Shown: positions 18,248-32,894 of the stretch, piece after piece
How positions within the stretch are numbered: the stretch's first letter is position 1
How the letters are laid out: the number at the start of each line of letters is the position of its first letter
Assembly (NCBI GenBank): GCA_965213685.1
Contig: CBDBZY010000041.1
Location: forward strand, 288,001-352,000
Length of the DNA stretch: 64,000 bases
Reading direction: 5' to 3'
Source: a bacterium
GTDB taxonomy: Bacteria; UBA8248
The notes under the pieces: generated by a model
The model's input: the letters and a program-made list of their open reading frames with translations, nothing else
Told to the model about the DNA's origin: nothing
Database searches by the model: none
Made by a program: the position numbers and the translations under genes

Positions 18248-18352
18248 TGAGCTGCCTCAGGCGGGACTTGAACCCGCAACATACTGCATACCAGGCAGGT
18301 GCTCTACCAACTGAGCCACCGAGGCAGCTCAGCTGGGCAGGCCGAATCTTTG
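18248..18352 (-). mobile_element. tRNA-derived SINE-like family C (related to B; Thr(AGT)-like loop in some copies)
   Basis: CTCGGTGGCTCAGTTGGTAGAGC...GGTTCAAGTCCCGCCTGAGGCAGCTC. Copies at ~10277-10415, 20780-21030, 27543-27650, 57305-57420 and 58840-59002. Confidence 0.75.
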
Positions 18353-18891
18353 AAGGTTACCGAAGTGCAAATACATCTCTCTCTCTCCTGATCATGATAC
18401 ACAGCTCACTCTATCTCCCCTCTCCCACCAAACTTTAGAGTGCCCCCCTCCTACCAAACTTTAGAGCCCCCCCTTCCACCAAATTTTAGAGTCCCCCCCC
18501 TTCCACCAAACTTTAGAGTCCCCCCCCCCATCAAACCATGGATTCCCCCTCCCCCCTCCCACAAACTCAAAGCCCCCTACTAGCCTCTGCTATGGCCACT
18601 TCCTGTGCCCTGCTGAGCGATGGCATTAGCCTGTTGGCCTGAGGCTGCTTATGTTACGGGATAGCAGGACCGGCCCTTAGAGGGCATCACACACAACACA
18701 CACATGACAGGACTCCCTGTGCTGAGCTACCACAATGACTCCCTGCTAGCCACACTGAATGGCCATATGCACAACTGTGTGCATTCAGTGAATGGAGAGA
18801 AGTAGAGTGTGTGTATGTCTTGAACATCTTTGTCCTATATGGGATAACGGGGGGGAGGGGGGAGGGGGGAGGGGGGAGGGGTGGCTTGGAC

Positions 18892-18944
<53 letters not shown>

Positions 18945-20130
18945 TTGCGATACAAGTTTGTTCCTTAGCGAAAGGTTCAGTGTGTGATGCAATGAACTTC
19001 TTGTACAATGGGATGCCTATGGATGATGCAATATGACATCAGACTGATTCTTTGATAAACATGATGTAATGTGGCTTTGTTGTCCAATGGGATGACTCCT
19101 TTGTTGGATGGAATGTGCTTCAATGGCACAGGAACAAAGGCACTCCTAATTAGGGGGGAACTCTATCATTGTTGCCAGTAATCAGGTCTTGTACTTGATA
19201 GGCTATGAAAACACACCCAAACAGTTGTATTATGTAACATTATGCAATGCACATCCCATAGAACTGAAAATGGATGGTCCAGTGTTATCAGTTACATGTA
19301 GGTCCTATTCATCAGTGGAATACAGTAAATTTGACAATGAATTTGTGGTAGGCTACCCCCCAGGGGGAGAGGGGGGGGGGGAGGGAGAGGAGGGAGGGGG
19401 AGGGGGGAGGGGGGGAGGGAGGGAGGGCGGAATGGGATGGAGGGTGGGAGTGTGGAAGTTGGGGCATGTGAAAAAAAGGGTGAGAGGGAAAGGGAGGGAG
19501 GGAGGGTGGAAGGGTGGGAGAGGGAGATTGGAAGGGAGGGTGGGAAGAAGGGTGGAAGGGAGGGAGGGAGGGAGGGAGGGTGGGAGGGCAGGAGGAGGGA
19601 GGGTAGAGGGGGGGGGGGAATAAGGAGGGAGGAGGGGGGAGAGGAGGAGGTGAGGAGGGACTATTGGACATCAAAGGACCAGACATGTTTACCACCAGTC
19701 TTCCTTCAAAGGAGGGAACTGATGATAGTAACCATGGCTACAACAACCATGGCAACCAAAACACCTGTTAGGAGTTCGGAACGGGAGGTGAATATGATTT
19801 CACGTGAGCAATTAATGATACAAAGTGCTCCACTTTTGTGGGAGCGAATTATGTACAAAGAAGCCTGGGGGAAGGGATGGGAGGAGGGAAGGGAGGGAAG
19901 GGGGAGGGGGAAGGGGGAGGGAGAGGTGGGGGAGGGTGGAAGTGTGTAGCTGCCAGGAGGCTGTTGTGGCATTGAGTGAGCCATTGAGGCTCCATCCTTG
20001 CTTATTTTCCCTCCTTTGTCTTACAATGGTGTAGTTTACCTTTGTCCTCTATAGAGTACTGCACTGCCTGCCTTTTCATGTGCACATACAGTACAGGTAT
20101 ATAGATTGTATTGCATGCACACACACGCGT

Positions 20131-20378
<248 letters not shown>

Positions 20379-20829
20379 TGGTGTTCCACAATTACGAAAG
20401 GGAAATGACTATAACCACATACCCACACCATCTTCCTGCGAAACCCAGCTATTGCCATAGTTACACTGTCACCATAGAAGCCCAGTAATTAACTCTGGTA
20501 CACCTTATTGTTAAGCAAAAACACGTCTTCCTGGGCAAACCACCACCGTAGATTATTAGAATCTCCAGGTTTGCCTAATGAAGCGCACAGCTGCCTATGC
20601 ATGTACATGTAAAGGTTTGGAAAATAGCTTTCCTCATGTACATGTACATGGTATTGGCCAAAATGCGTCAGGTGACTGTTTAGCATCTAGGCCTGAGGGC
20701 CATTTGTGGCCTTGGGAGTTGTAGTTCTTGATGTATTCCTGTACATGTACATGTCTACTCGTGTGTAGCATCCTAAGATTCGGCCTGCCCAGCTGGGTTG
20801 TGCCGGTAGCTCAGCTGGCAGAGCATCTG

Positions 20830-20919
20830 TAGCCTCGTTCCCAGGCCCTCTCCCCTAGCGCACTTACGCGGTCAAAGGTCATATGCGTGCGCTAGGGGGA
20901 GAGCCTGGGAACGAGGCTA
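20830..20919. mobile_element. TAGCCTCG-TIR MITE with 9-bp TSD, inserted in a family C SINE
   Basis: TAGCCTCGTTCCCAGGC...GCCTGGGAACGAGGCTA flanked on both sides by GAGCATCTG. Confidence 0.88.
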
Positions 20920-21479
20920 GAGCATCTGCCTAGTATGGCAAATGTCGTGGTTCGAGTCCCGCCTGAGGCAGCCAATTTTTCTCATAGAAGAGAAGCTATT
21001 CTCAGTAGTTGCCCTGTATTGCTCTGTCTCTATGGGAACAATCATGTTGCCCTGTATTTACCATACATGATCTACAGTACATATAATTGTTGCCATGGCA
21101 ACAAATGGATATAGTAAGTACTACATGTCCTTCCCACACAATAGATCCTGTGCCAGTGAGTCTGGGGCTGCTGTGCATATCATGTCTGGGGGGCTGCTGT
21201 GCATATTATGTCTGGGGGGCTGCTGTGCATATTATGTCTGTGGGCTGCTGTGCATATCATGCTGCGTCAGATACACAAGGCAATATGTTTGTATACTGCA
21301 CATACAGTGATGTACATGGTACCATCGAGGTAGCGTTAGTCGCTCTGAAGAGGAAGCTTATTAACTGAAGAAGATGAGCATGACTATAAGCTACCAAGCT
21401 GTGTGACTGTGAAGACTTAAGGCCAGTCATCTGTGTTGCACGTGCATGACGTGTGATACCCACACTCCCGGTCACCCCA

Positions 21480-21523
21480 GCGCTGCTGATGAGGTCTGGT
21501 ATTGGCCGAAACGTGTCCTGTGC
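21480..21523 (+). ncRNA. Minimal type-I hammerhead ribozyme (family D)
   Basis: GCGCTG-CTGATGA-GGTC tggtatt GGCC-GAAA-CGTG-TC-CTGTGC. Core intact, GUC site. Confidence 0.8.
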
Positions 21524-21609
21524 ATTGGGTGACTGTTTAACATCTAGGCCTGAGGGCCGTTGGCGGCCTAGGAAGTTGTGGTTCTCGATTTATTCATGTG
21601 TGTGTGCAT

Positions 21610-21691
<82 letters not shown>

Positions 21692-22059
21692 GTGCATGTG
21701 CATGTGCGTGTGAGCACAGTGCCCCAACAAAGGCACGTCAGGTGTGTATGGTATGCAGGAAAGCAATGCCATCCCATATCAGAAGTAACCACAAAGCCAA
21801 GAATCTAAAAACAACTTGGGATGATACCATTAGGGTAACTTCCCTATGAATACCTACACATAAATGTGCTTGTGTTTGAACAAGTGTGTATGTGAAGTAT
21901 GCCTATATGTGTACACATGTGTATGTGCGTGTGTGCGCGTGTGTGTGTGTGTACGTGATATGTATGTTGAGGTATCCCATGTTGCATAACTGCCTGAGGC
22001 CAAGATACTAATAAGGCTTGTGATTAGCTCAACTTTCATTGCATGTTTGTGGGGTATCA

Positions 22060-22195
<136 letters not shown>

Positions 22196-22202
22196 GAATC
22201 CT

Positions 22203-22238
<36 letters not shown>

Positions 22239-22321
22239 CCTCCCTCCCTCCCTCCCTCCCTCTCTCAGCCCCTCCCCTCCCTCTTTCCCACCCACTAACC
22301 ACCACTACACTACAACTGGTC

Positions 22322-22456
22322 TAGCCTCGTCCCTAGGCTCTTCCCCGCACGATGTTGATGCATGACCTTTGAACTCGTAACATTGCTATCCTAAGTCACG
22401 GGGGTCAAAGGTCGCGCATAACAATTGCTTGAGCAGAGGGCATGGGAACGAGGCTA
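22322..22456. mobile_element. TAGCCTCG-TIR MITE with 9-bp TSD
   Basis: Flanked on both sides by CAACTGGTC. Confidence 0.85.
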
Positions 22457-22899
22457 CAACTGGTCATAGTGACCACACATGACACATACACCTGTACCAC
22501 CACTACACATGACAACCGCAAACAGTATTGGCCACTAGTTAACACCGCCTCAGCAACCAGCCAGAGATTGACCGGTTGATTGGTTAACTAGACAAGAGAA
22601 CGGAACCAATTGAGAGGTTAGTATGGTCATGGGGGAGGGAGGAATGAGGGAGGGAGAGGGAGAGGGAGTCTGGGAGGGAGGGAGGGAGGTGTACTAGTGA
22701 TGCATGGCCTTAGCAACCAGCCAGAGAGGTAATTGGTAACAAATAGAGATGACAGAATGAGTTCCGTACACACATGTATATTGCATTGGAAGAGAAGAGG
22801 GAGGGAGGGAGGGAGAGAAGGAGGGAGGGAGAGGAAAGGAGGGAGGGAGGGAGGGAGGGAGGGAGAGGGTGGGGAAAGGGGTAGAAAGACAAGCAGCTG

Positions 22900-23830
22900 T
22901 GGACATTTATATACAGTGACATGGTGGGAAGGAAGGGAAGGGGGAGGGGGGAAGGAAGTGAGGGAGGGAGGGGGAAGGGAGGGGGAGGGGAGGAGGAAAG
23001 GAAGAAAAGACAGGCAGCTGCACACATACAACACTCACTCCTGTCTGTGAAACTACCAGTCAAGCGGTAAACCATTAGGCTGGGACCAGTCTTTTGGAAT
23101 GGACACTCTAATTATCAATTAGGCTGTTAATTACAGGGTCATTTCATACACTTGCATGTACATGTACACTGAAAGGATCAAAGAGAGGGGGTGAGGGTGA
23201 GGAAGAGGGTAGGAGGGATGGGAAGGAAGGAGGGAAGGAGGGAAGGAAGGAGGGAAGGAAGGAAGGAAGGTAGGAAGGGAGAGAGAGGGAGAGAGAGGGA
23301 GAGAGAGGGAGAGAGAGGGAGAGAGAGGGAGAGAGGGGGAGAAGGAGGCAGAGGGAGGAACGAAAGAAAGAGAAAGGGAGAGGCAAGGGGGGAAGGGTGG
23401 GAGAGGGGGAGGGAGGTAGGTAAGGGGAGGAAGAAAGGAAGAAAAGCCAGGCAGCTGCACACATACAACACTCACTCCTGTCTGTGAAACTACAGTCAAG
23501 CAGTTAACCATTAGGCTGGGACCAGCCTTTTGGAATGGACACTCTAATTAGCAATTAGGCTGTTAATTACAGGGTCATTTCGCACACTTGGATGTACACT
23601 GAAAGGGTCAAAGAGAGGGAGTGAGGGTGAGGAATGGGGAAGGAGGGATGGGAGGGAAGGAGGGAAGGAAGGAAGGGAGAAAGAGAGGGAAGGGAGAGGG
23701 AGAGAGAGAGAAGGGAAGGAGGGAGGAGGGAGAGAGGGAGAAAGGGAGAGAGGGAGGGAGAGGAGGCAGAGGGAGGAACGAAAGAAGAAAGAGAAAGGAG
23801 GGGAGAGAAAGAGCGAAGTTGCTATGGCAA
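22900..23830. repeat. Tandem duplication, ~420-bp unit with purine-rich spacer
   Basis: CAGGCAGCTGCACACATACAACACTCACTCCTG...AGGGTGAGGA at ~23010-23205 and ~23448-23632. Confidence 0.85.
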
Positions 23831-24091
23831 TAATGTTGGGATTGGTCACGGGTAATCACCACGGAAACCACAACTTGTACCTACAATAAATGCCCAGGAT
23901 GATTGCCTAATTAGCAATTACAGAGAGCAAATAGCAGAGGAGGAGGAAAGGAGGGAGGGAGAGAGATTAGCAGGCAGGGACGGGGGGGAGAGAGGAGGGA
24001 AGGGTATGGATGGGGGAATTGAAGGAACAAGGCAGGGCTGGAGTGACAAGAAATTGTGAGTGAGCGTGCCTGAGGTTGGGTGCTACACATG

Positions 24092-24609
24092 TACTGTAAA
24101 CAGTGGTTGCTAGGCGCATGCGCCTATAGATGTAAATGGTAAGGTATTATGCGCTTAAAAACGGATATGCCCTAAACAACGAGAGGTCCATATACATTCC
24201 AAAAACCACGGTTATAGTGCCTGTAAATTTACTCGCACCTGTACAGCAAGCCATGGCCTCGTATCCAGGCCCCTCTTTGTGGGAGGGGCTTGGGTATGAG
24301 GCTAGGCAAGCCAATCAGTAGCGTTCAGCTTTCGAGTGATGTACGTGGACACTACGTGTACAAAACTGTCTGGATCCATGGACTCCACTAGATTCAGCTT
24401 TTGTAGCTTTTCCGCTTAGCTGTTGGAGTCTATCCATCGTCAAGGTTGTCTGCTCTGCCGTTGTCAGCTGCTTCTGACACCTCGCGACTACGATCTGCGT
24501 ATTTATCGCATGTGCCTAATAAAAGGTTGTGGCGGATGTCTAACTATGCACTTAACAGTGAAGTATACGCTTAGCAACAAGGTGCGCCTAACAACTGGTG
24601 TTTACGGTA
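24092..24609. mobile_element. TA-flanked Tc1/mariner(pogo)-type MITE containing a nested 51-bp TAGCCTCG-type MITE (24254-24304)
   Basis: TA-CTGTAAACAGTGGTTGCTAGGCGCA ... TGCGCCTAACAACTGGTGTTTACGG-TA, imperfect 25-bp TIRs. Confidence 0.7.
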
Positions 24610-24885
24610 TATTGTAAAACCCTTCACAAAACCACAGTCTTTCCAGGACCCCCCCTCATGGGTAATGTTGTACAGTGGGTGGGGAGGGAAGAGGGACTAG
24701 AGAAGTGATGAATAGGAGGAGGGAGCAATGGATTGAGGGACAGAAAAAAATTAAGCTTGAGGGTGCATGTATGTGGGCGTTAAATTGTAGAACCATTCAC
24801 AAACCACAGTCCTTCCAGGAACAGCCCCCCCTACATGTGGGTATTGCGGTACACGGAGTGGGTAGGGGAGATGAACTAGAGAAGT

Positions 24886-25021
24886 TAGCCTTGTTCCCAG
24901 GCCATTCTTGTTTTGTGTGCGTTTATTACATACGTACGAAACGTGAACGCGATCAAAAATTCAATCACGTTTTGCATGTTCTAAACACACGCAAAACAGG
25001 AAAGGCCTGGGAACGAGGCTA
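24886..25021. mobile_element. TAGCCT-TIR MITE with 9-bp TSD
   Basis: Flanks TAGAGAAGT / TAGAGGAGT. An empty paralogous site lies at 24698-24706. Confidence 0.85.
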
Positions 25022-25519
25022 TAGAGGAGTGATGAATAGGAGGAGGGAGTAATGGAGGGAGAGAATTGAGGGGTTAGGTGTTAAATTGTAAAACCATTCA
25101 CAAAACACAGTCTTTCCAGGAACAGGTCCCCCTCATGGATTTTGCGGTACAGGGGGTGGTCAGTGGAGATGAGTACTGCCATTGTCCGACTACCAGGCAA
25201 ACAGAGGAGAGAGTTATGGTCTTCAATGGCAGCACACCACCTGAAATCATCACCTACACAGGGCCAACCGAATGCACATGCCTCAAAGTGACTATATTTT
25301 TGCTGGGTACTAATGTTTGAAATTTTGGGGGATTGGCACAAAAACAAAATTTTGTATGTACAAACAAAAATTTTACTAGCTTGTAGTCTTCTCAACATTA
25401 CAATATTATTAAATGATCGGTCATCTCACTCATAGCAAAAACTAATACCAGTAAAGTCATAATAGTCCCAAAATCACCAAAAATGTACCTGCAAATAATA
25501 CACTGTAAATAATAATGCA

Positions 25520-25785
25520 CATGTACACGATCCGATACACATACACATGTACACTATCCGATACACATACACATGTACACTATCTGATACACATACACAT
25601 GTACACTATCTGATACACATGTACACTATCTGATACACATGTACACTATCTGATACACATACACATGTACACTATCTGATACACATGTACACTATCTGAT
25701 ACACATGTACACTATCTGATACACATACACATGTACACTATCTGATACACATGTACACTATCTCATACACATACACATGTACATG
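25520..25785. repeat. 20/26-bp minisatellite (CATGTACACTATCTGATACA)
   Basis: About 11 direct units. Confidence 0.9.
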
Positions 25786-27395
25786 CACACTAGTGTTTTG
25801 ATTACATTAGTTTCGTCTGTGCACGTAAAAACACGACATCATGTACAAGAATGTACAATGAATGTGTTTAAAACATGAATATTGTACATGTAACCATAGC
25901 AACCACCAGACACATCACAACATCATAGCATGGAACAGCTGCATACTCCCACACTCAATAACTCGTACAAGCTGACCGGGTGCACTGACCTCTATAGGTT
26001 ATGGGGGACAAGAGTTCCCTTCTTTGACAGTGCTACCGTGGCAACCACCACACTGGGTCATGCTGGGATGACATTAACCCAATTGGCAGACCTTGCTAGC
26101 CTCCCACCGGGTGAGGAAGGGATAGGGTTGAGATCAGAGGGACAGATAACAATGGGAGAGAAAGAGCCTTTCCCTTGCAATAGACACTCTCCCCTCCCTC
26201 CCTTCCCCCCTCCCCCCCTCCCTCCTTCCTCCCTCCCTCCCTCTCTCCCTCCCTCCCTCCTTCCCTCCTTCCCTCCCTCCCTCCCTCCCTCCCTCTCTCC
26301 CTCCCTCCCTCCTTCCCTCCCTCCATCCCTCCCTCCCTCCATCGATTGTTTCCCTCCCCCCAGCCTTCCCTCTCTTCCTCCTTTCCTCCTTCCATCTCTC
26401 CACCCTTCCCTTGAACTCCTCCCCCTTCTCCCTTCCTCCCTTCCTCCACCCACAACCCCATCTCTCCCTCCTTCCCTCCCCCCCTCCCCTCCTTTTATCC
26501 TTCCTTTGAATTCCCTCCCTCCCTCCCTCCCTCCCTCCCTCTCCCCACCTTCCCCCCTCCCCTTCTCTTCCTTCCTGGACCAAACTCTCCCTCACTACTC
26601 AGGAACAGAGCACATACATGTACACGTACTAGACCACCTCTTGGACTCGGGCCAGGCACACACACACACAGGACCCAGAACAGGAACCGGAATACCTGCC
26701 ATGACTCATGAGGTGCATCACAAAGGGTACCTACCTAAGTCTATTCTTCTTCAATAGCAAACACACACCATAGCACCCAAACAATATGCTGTGGCTGGGG
26801 ACGTTGGCACGAGCCTGTGCTACGTGTCGTCACTGAGTTTGTTAGGGGTTAATTACACATCATCCCATGTAGTTAAAGTGAGTGCTCAAATCATGTATAG
26901 TCATATACATGTACATGTATGTACGTGCTCATGTACGTACATTGTACACGTACATTGTTTATTGCACTTCAATAAATTATGGTTACAACATATTACATAA
27001 TTCTGCCAAAACCCACCCCATGCAGTGGTGTGTGTGTATGTGGATAAACACTGGTTACCTAGCAACCAGGAACTCCCAATGGGATAGCTTCTGGAGCAAA
27101 CAGAGCGGTGTGATGGCCCAGAGGCAGCGAGCAGACATATCAGGACACACATACATTAGCATAACACATTCCATCCCTCAAGATCAAAGCATTCTCATAT
27201 TCATAAACTACTGTTCGATGAGTTTGTGTATTCTTCTGCATAGTCTGGGGGAGGGGGGAGGCACATGCCGTGCATGGTTTGTGGCGTTGTGAATGGTTTG
27301 TTTTGGGTCGGTGGAATGATTGATGGAAGGTTTGCATGCTTGTAAATAACAGGAGGAGGAGGAGGGAGAGGAGGAGGAGGAAGAGGAGGAGGAGT

Positions 27396-27429
<34 letters not shown>

Positions 27430-27879
27430 GGAGGAGGAGGAGGAGGAGAGGAAAAGAGGGAGGGAAGGAGAGATGATGGTACAAAAAAGGTATTCAACTA
27501 CATCTGAAGACATCTGTCTTTTCACAGGGAAATACATGTAACGAGCTGCCTCAGGCAGAACTCAAACCTGTGACATATGCATACTAGGCAGGTGCACCTA
27601 CTCTACCAACTGAGCTACTGAAGCAGCTCAGCTGGGCAGGCCGAATCATTAGATGCTATACAGGAGCAAAGGTGTTCCTCTCCCCAAGAACAGGTAAACC
27701 TACGAATGCACATATGCCTGCCAGTGATCTCCTACCTATCCTCCTTCTCCTTCTTCCCTCTGCTCTCCCCCCTTTCTCCCTCCCTCCCCCTCGTCCTCCA
27801 CACCTTTCCCCCTTTCTCCTTCCCTCCCTCTCCCACCCCACCCTCTTACCTATAAGCACATGAGCCTCCCTCCCCTCCC

Positions 27880-29100
27880 TCCCTCCATAATCACACCCCA
27901 CATTCCTCCCTACCCACTGAGCACACAGCCACGTACCAAGACAATGGTGGGTAACCCTATACCTGGTAGCAACAGCCCACAAGTTACTGAGGAGGGGGAG
28001 AGGGGGAGTTTACCTCCTATTTACTCAAATCTCCTCCCTTCCCTCTTCTCTCCTGCCCTCCTTCACCCTCCTTTCCCCCTTCCTCCCCCCTTCCCATACA
28101 TGTACTCTCCTCACCCTTCCCACCCCACCCTCCCCTCTCCCTCCCTCCCCCTCCCTCCATATCACACCCCACATTCCTCCCTACCCACCAAGCACACACA
28201 GCCTTGTACCAGGACAATGGTGGGTAACCCTATACCTCTTATAGCAACAGCCCACAAGTTACTGAGGAGAGGGAGAGGGAGGAGGGGAGAAGGGGAGTTT
28301 CCCTCCATTTTTACTCAAATCTGCTCCCTTAAATTCCCTCTTCTCTCCTCCCCTCCTTCACCCTTCTTTGCCTCTTCTTCCCCCTAATCCCCATACACAT
28401 ACCTCTTCTCACCCACCTCCCTCCCTCCCTCCCTCCCTCCATATCACACCCCACATTCCTCCCTACCCACCAAGCACACACAGCCTTGTACCAGGACAAT
28501 GGTGGGTAACCCTACACCTCTTAGCAACAGCCCACAGGTTACTGAGGAGAGGGAGAGGGAGAGGGAGAGGGAGAGGGAGGAGGAGTTTTCCCTCCATTTT
28601 TACTCAAATCTCCTCCCTTCCCTCCCCTCCTTCACCCTCCTTTGCCTCTTCTTCCCCCTAATCCCCATACACATACCTCTTCTCACCCACCTCCCTCCCT
28701 CCCTCCCTCCCTCCATATCACACCCCACATTCCTCCCTACCCACCCAGCACACACAGCCGTGTGTACCAGGACAATGGCGGGTAACCCTACACCTCTTAG
28801 CAACAGCCCACAGGTTACTGCATGAGGAGAGGGAGAGGGAGAGGGAGGAGGGGGAGAGGGAAAGTTTCCCTCCTATTTACTCAAATCTACTCCCTTCCCT
28901 CCCCTCCTTCACCCTCCTTTGCCTCTTCTTCCCCCTAATCCCCATACATGTACCTCTTCTCACCCACCACCCTCCCTCCCTCCCCTCCCTCCCTCCCTCC
29001 ATATCACACCCCACATTCCTCCCTACCCACCAAGCACACACAGCCGTGTGTACCAGGACAATGGTGGGTAACCCTACACCTCTTAGCAACAGCCCACGAG
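27880..29100. repeat. Tandem minisatellite, 5 units of ~270-300 bp
   Basis: ATCACACCCCACATTCCTCCCTACCCAC...GGTAACCCTA...AGCAACAGCCCAC recurs five times. Confidence 0.9.
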
Positions 29101-29584
29101 TTATGGAGGAAGGAGAGATGGGGGGGGAGAGGGAAGAGGGGGAGAGAGTGAGAAGGACGTGGAAGAAGAGAAAAGAGGTAGGAATGATAGAGGGGGAGTG
29201 TTCCAGCAAGGAGGGAAACAAAGTGGAGGGAAGGAGGGAGGGGGGGGGCTGGGAAGGTATGGGAGGCATAGTGAATAACAGCTGCTCTCAAGGGCTTTCA
29301 AAGGAAAACAACAGAGGTAGCCATAGCAACTGCTGCTGGAGATAGCCAATAACATCATCAAAGGGATTGAGCGAAACTGAAAGCACTCAGGCATGTGAGC
29401 AGACTGTAGTGGGGGGTAGAGATGGCCTCCCACAGACATACCACCCCAGCCACCTCATGGACTGGAGACACAACACGCACAGTTCTCAGGTACATGTACA
29501 TGCATGTACAGTACATGCGGTGGGCAGTATGGAATGTGCCTATCTACTGTGTGTTCATATGTGTATGTACAGTTGTTTACAGGC

Positions 29585-29656
<72 letters not shown>

Positions 29657-30525
29657 ATGCGTGCATGTGCATGCATGTGTGTGTGTGGGTGTGGGTGTCT
29701 ACATGTACATGTGTCCTCCCAATTTGTGCATCCCACACCACACCTAAACACACAACATAGGTAACTACACACACACTATTCCTGGCATGTCACTGAACAG
29801 GGTAAGTACTTACGTATGAGTTCTCTTCTAAAATCAAGAAGGTCCCCAACACTAAGATGCTGTAGCAGAACCATCTTCAAGCTTTGCATGAAGTGTACTG
29901 TTCCATAATAATTACTCAACATTGGCAAAATTTCACGTTTAATTTTTATCACTGCCCAGCACCAACAAAAATTTCTTAACCCTTAAAAGAGTACTGTCAC
30001 ACACACTCGCTATGACAGCAGTTTTATATGACATAATTTCCGGCCTACTAGTCTAAGGCAAGAGATGGGAGGGTGGGTGGGGGGTGGACAAGTGCAGCTG
30101 ATCGGTGAGCATTTGTTTGGCCTCCGGTCGGAGATTTTGACCTGAACTTGCCCTAGCCAGACTTGGTAGGGCCTTGGCCTGGCCTGCACCAGTGGTCACT
30201 GTGGGGGGAAGTATTATGCTCGAATGGGTCAAAAGGGATGTCATTGCGGGAGTGGGCGTGGCTATGTACGAAGATGGGAAGCTGAAGGTTGGTTATTTCT
30301 GACCAATTTTAGAGAGTGGTGAGTGTGTCTGTGTCTAATTACAGCTGTTCCTGTCTAGAAAATCGCTCCAAACTTGACCAGCTTGCAGTTTTTGCCTTCA
30401 GTTTTCTATTAATTAATTAATGGCAAAATATGGTTGGCAGGCACAAGTGATGGTTTGGGAATGAGACCACACATGCATCGGGGTTTGGGAATGAGACTAC
30501 ACATGCATCCGCTGCTCACACGTAC

Positions 30526-30861
30526 CTGTCACTGGAGGAGGATTCGCTGCTGCTGCCGGCTTCTCTGCCCTCCTCTGTCTCCTCTCCTTCCACCTTCTCC
30601 TCTCTCTCCTCCCCGACTCCCTCTCCTTCCCCCTCCCGCTCCCCCTCCTCCTCCTCCTCCTCCTCCTCCTCCTCCTCCCTCTCCACCTCCTCCTCCTCTT
30701 CTCCTTCGTCCTTCACTGGTGCACGGCTCTTCTCATCGGCAGAGGCTTCTTCATCGCTGGAGGACACAAATGCCTTGGAGATCACCCTCTTCTTCTTCCT
30801 CCCTCTTCCCCCTCCCTCCTCTTCCTCCTCCTCCTCAACCTCTTCCTGGTCCTCCCTTGGC
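30526..30861 (-). CDS. CTR9: CTR9 homolog exon (336 nt, acidic tail)
   Basis: (R)PREDQEEVEEEE...RKKKRVISKAFVSSSDEE...SSSESSSSD contains the CTR9-like SKA(I/F)(I/V)SSSD motif. CACAG acceptor, GTACGT donor, phase 2 to 2. Confidence 0.88.
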
Positions 30862-31744
30862 CTGTGGGGGAGAGAGGGAAGGAGGGAGGGGTGGAGGGAG
30901 GGGAGGGAGGAGGGGAGGAGGGAGGGGAGGAGGGAGGGGTGGGAAGGAAGGGGAGAAGGGAGGGGTGGGAAGGAAGGGGAGGAGGGAGGGGTGGGAAGGA
31001 AGGAGGAAAGGAGGAAGAGGGAAGAAAGAGAGAGGGAGAGACGGAGAGAGAGAGAGAGAGGGAGGGGGAGGAAAGATGGATTCAGAGAGAGGGGAGAGAG
31101 AGGGAGAGAGGGAAGGAGAAAGAAAAACATGAAGTGATCTCATTTACATGTACCTGTACCTACAGGTCACAGTACACGTACACGTGGGTGTACACATACA
31201 TATACATGTACATTGTTAATGCACATACGTAAGTGTGTATTGAAGTAACATGTGGGTGTGGCCATGACCTTTGAACTTTGAGTAGTCAATAAGCACGTGA
31301 ACCTGTATACGAATAAATTGAGAAACACAACTCCCCAGGCTGTGTTTAGATGTTAAAACAGTCACCCAATGTGCAGGACGTGTTTCCGCCATTACGGCTA
31401 CACTGTTAATTCCCTCTCTACATCTGGATCATTGCAGGGTTCATCACCATATCAACCAAGTACAGTGATTGAGTGGCAAAAGTGATAGTCAATAATTTTG
31501 TCCCTGCGCTATTTCTTCTTTCCTTCCCTCTTCCTCTCCCTCCCAGGCCTCATCAGCTGTGCTGGAGTGACCGGGAGTGTGGGTGTATCACACTTCATGC
31601 ACGTTAATACAGGTCTACATGTTTCTGTGGTTAAGAGCAGAGGTGTGTGTGATGGGAGGGTGTGGGTGGTTGGGCAGCAGCTGGGGGGCTTTATTGGGTG
31701 CATGTAGAGCTAATTGGGTTCTCAGCACTCCTGACATTGGAATC

Positions 31745-31778
<34 letters not shown>

Positions 31779-32031
31779 TGCATGATACATGTATGTACAT
31801 GTATATATGTGCATGTGTTTCTTCCAGTACAGCTAGATGTATACGTATAGGTCCAGGTATCCTTGTAATAAAGAGCATACATATATATACCATACGTATA
31901 CATATACACACATGTACATGTACATGAATAAATCGAGAACCACAACTCCCTAGGCTGTGAATGGCCCTCAGGCCAAAATATTAAACAGTTACTCAATGTG
32001 CAGGATATATGCTACAGCCAATACCAGGCTT

Positions 32032-32627
32032 TAGTCTAGTTCCCAGACCACCCGAAAGCGAGTTGGTCTGGGACATTTAGTTGATTTTCTTGGCATTGTG
32101 AGATTTTTTGGGAGATTGCCAATCAGACTGTCGCAACGCACACGTCACACAAATGTCACATGATCTAGTTCAGCCGCACTTGACAAGCACGCATGGGTAC
32201 ATGTACGTCACTGAGCCGGGCAAAAGAAGGCGAGGGAGGAGCTTGTTCTGCTGTATTCAGTCAGTGGGAAGTAGCCGGGACACCCTATTATAGCGGCTAA
32301 CTGTTGGAAGAACGTTTTTCACAATGTTGGTGGGCCTATACCACCTGCTCTTGTGCACAAGTGCCATACACAGCAGACGTACGTGTGCATGTAGCAGCAT
32401 GGATAGAAGGTTGTACATGAGTTATGGAGGCTAAAGGGAATGTGCCGACGGCCCTTTGTGAGTACCAGTTTCAAACGCGAGCTGTTCCAAGGCTAGAGCC
32501 TAGTACTGGCACGTGCGATAAGCTAGCCATCACATGATTTGCATATGACTTAAGTGTTGAAAATGCCAAGGAAATCGACTAGCTATCCCAGACAACCTCG
32601 CTTTCGGGTGGTCTGGTAACGAGACTA
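32032..32627. mobile_element. ~600-bp TAGTCTCG-TIR MITE splitting a family D hammerhead
   Basis: ~31-bp TIRs TAGTCT(A/C)GTT(C/A)CCAGACCACCCGAAAGCGAG. Flanks ACCAGGCTT / AGCAGGCCT (target consensus ACCAGGCCT). Confidence 0.85.
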
Positions 32628-32894
32628 AGCAGGCCTCATCAGTGCTGGGGTGACCAGGAGTGTGGTCACCACACGTCATGCACCTACATGGACACACATA
32701 GCTAGTCCACTGGACAACTCCGGGAACCTCTCAGGTACAAAACATCATGTACACACATGTACAGGCACAAAGGGAGAGATGTACCCACACAATAGCAACT
32801 GAAGTGCACCTACTCCTCTCCTCATGAGGACACACACACACACACACACAGCACAATGCCTGCACCACACCCTCTCCATTTAGACACACACATA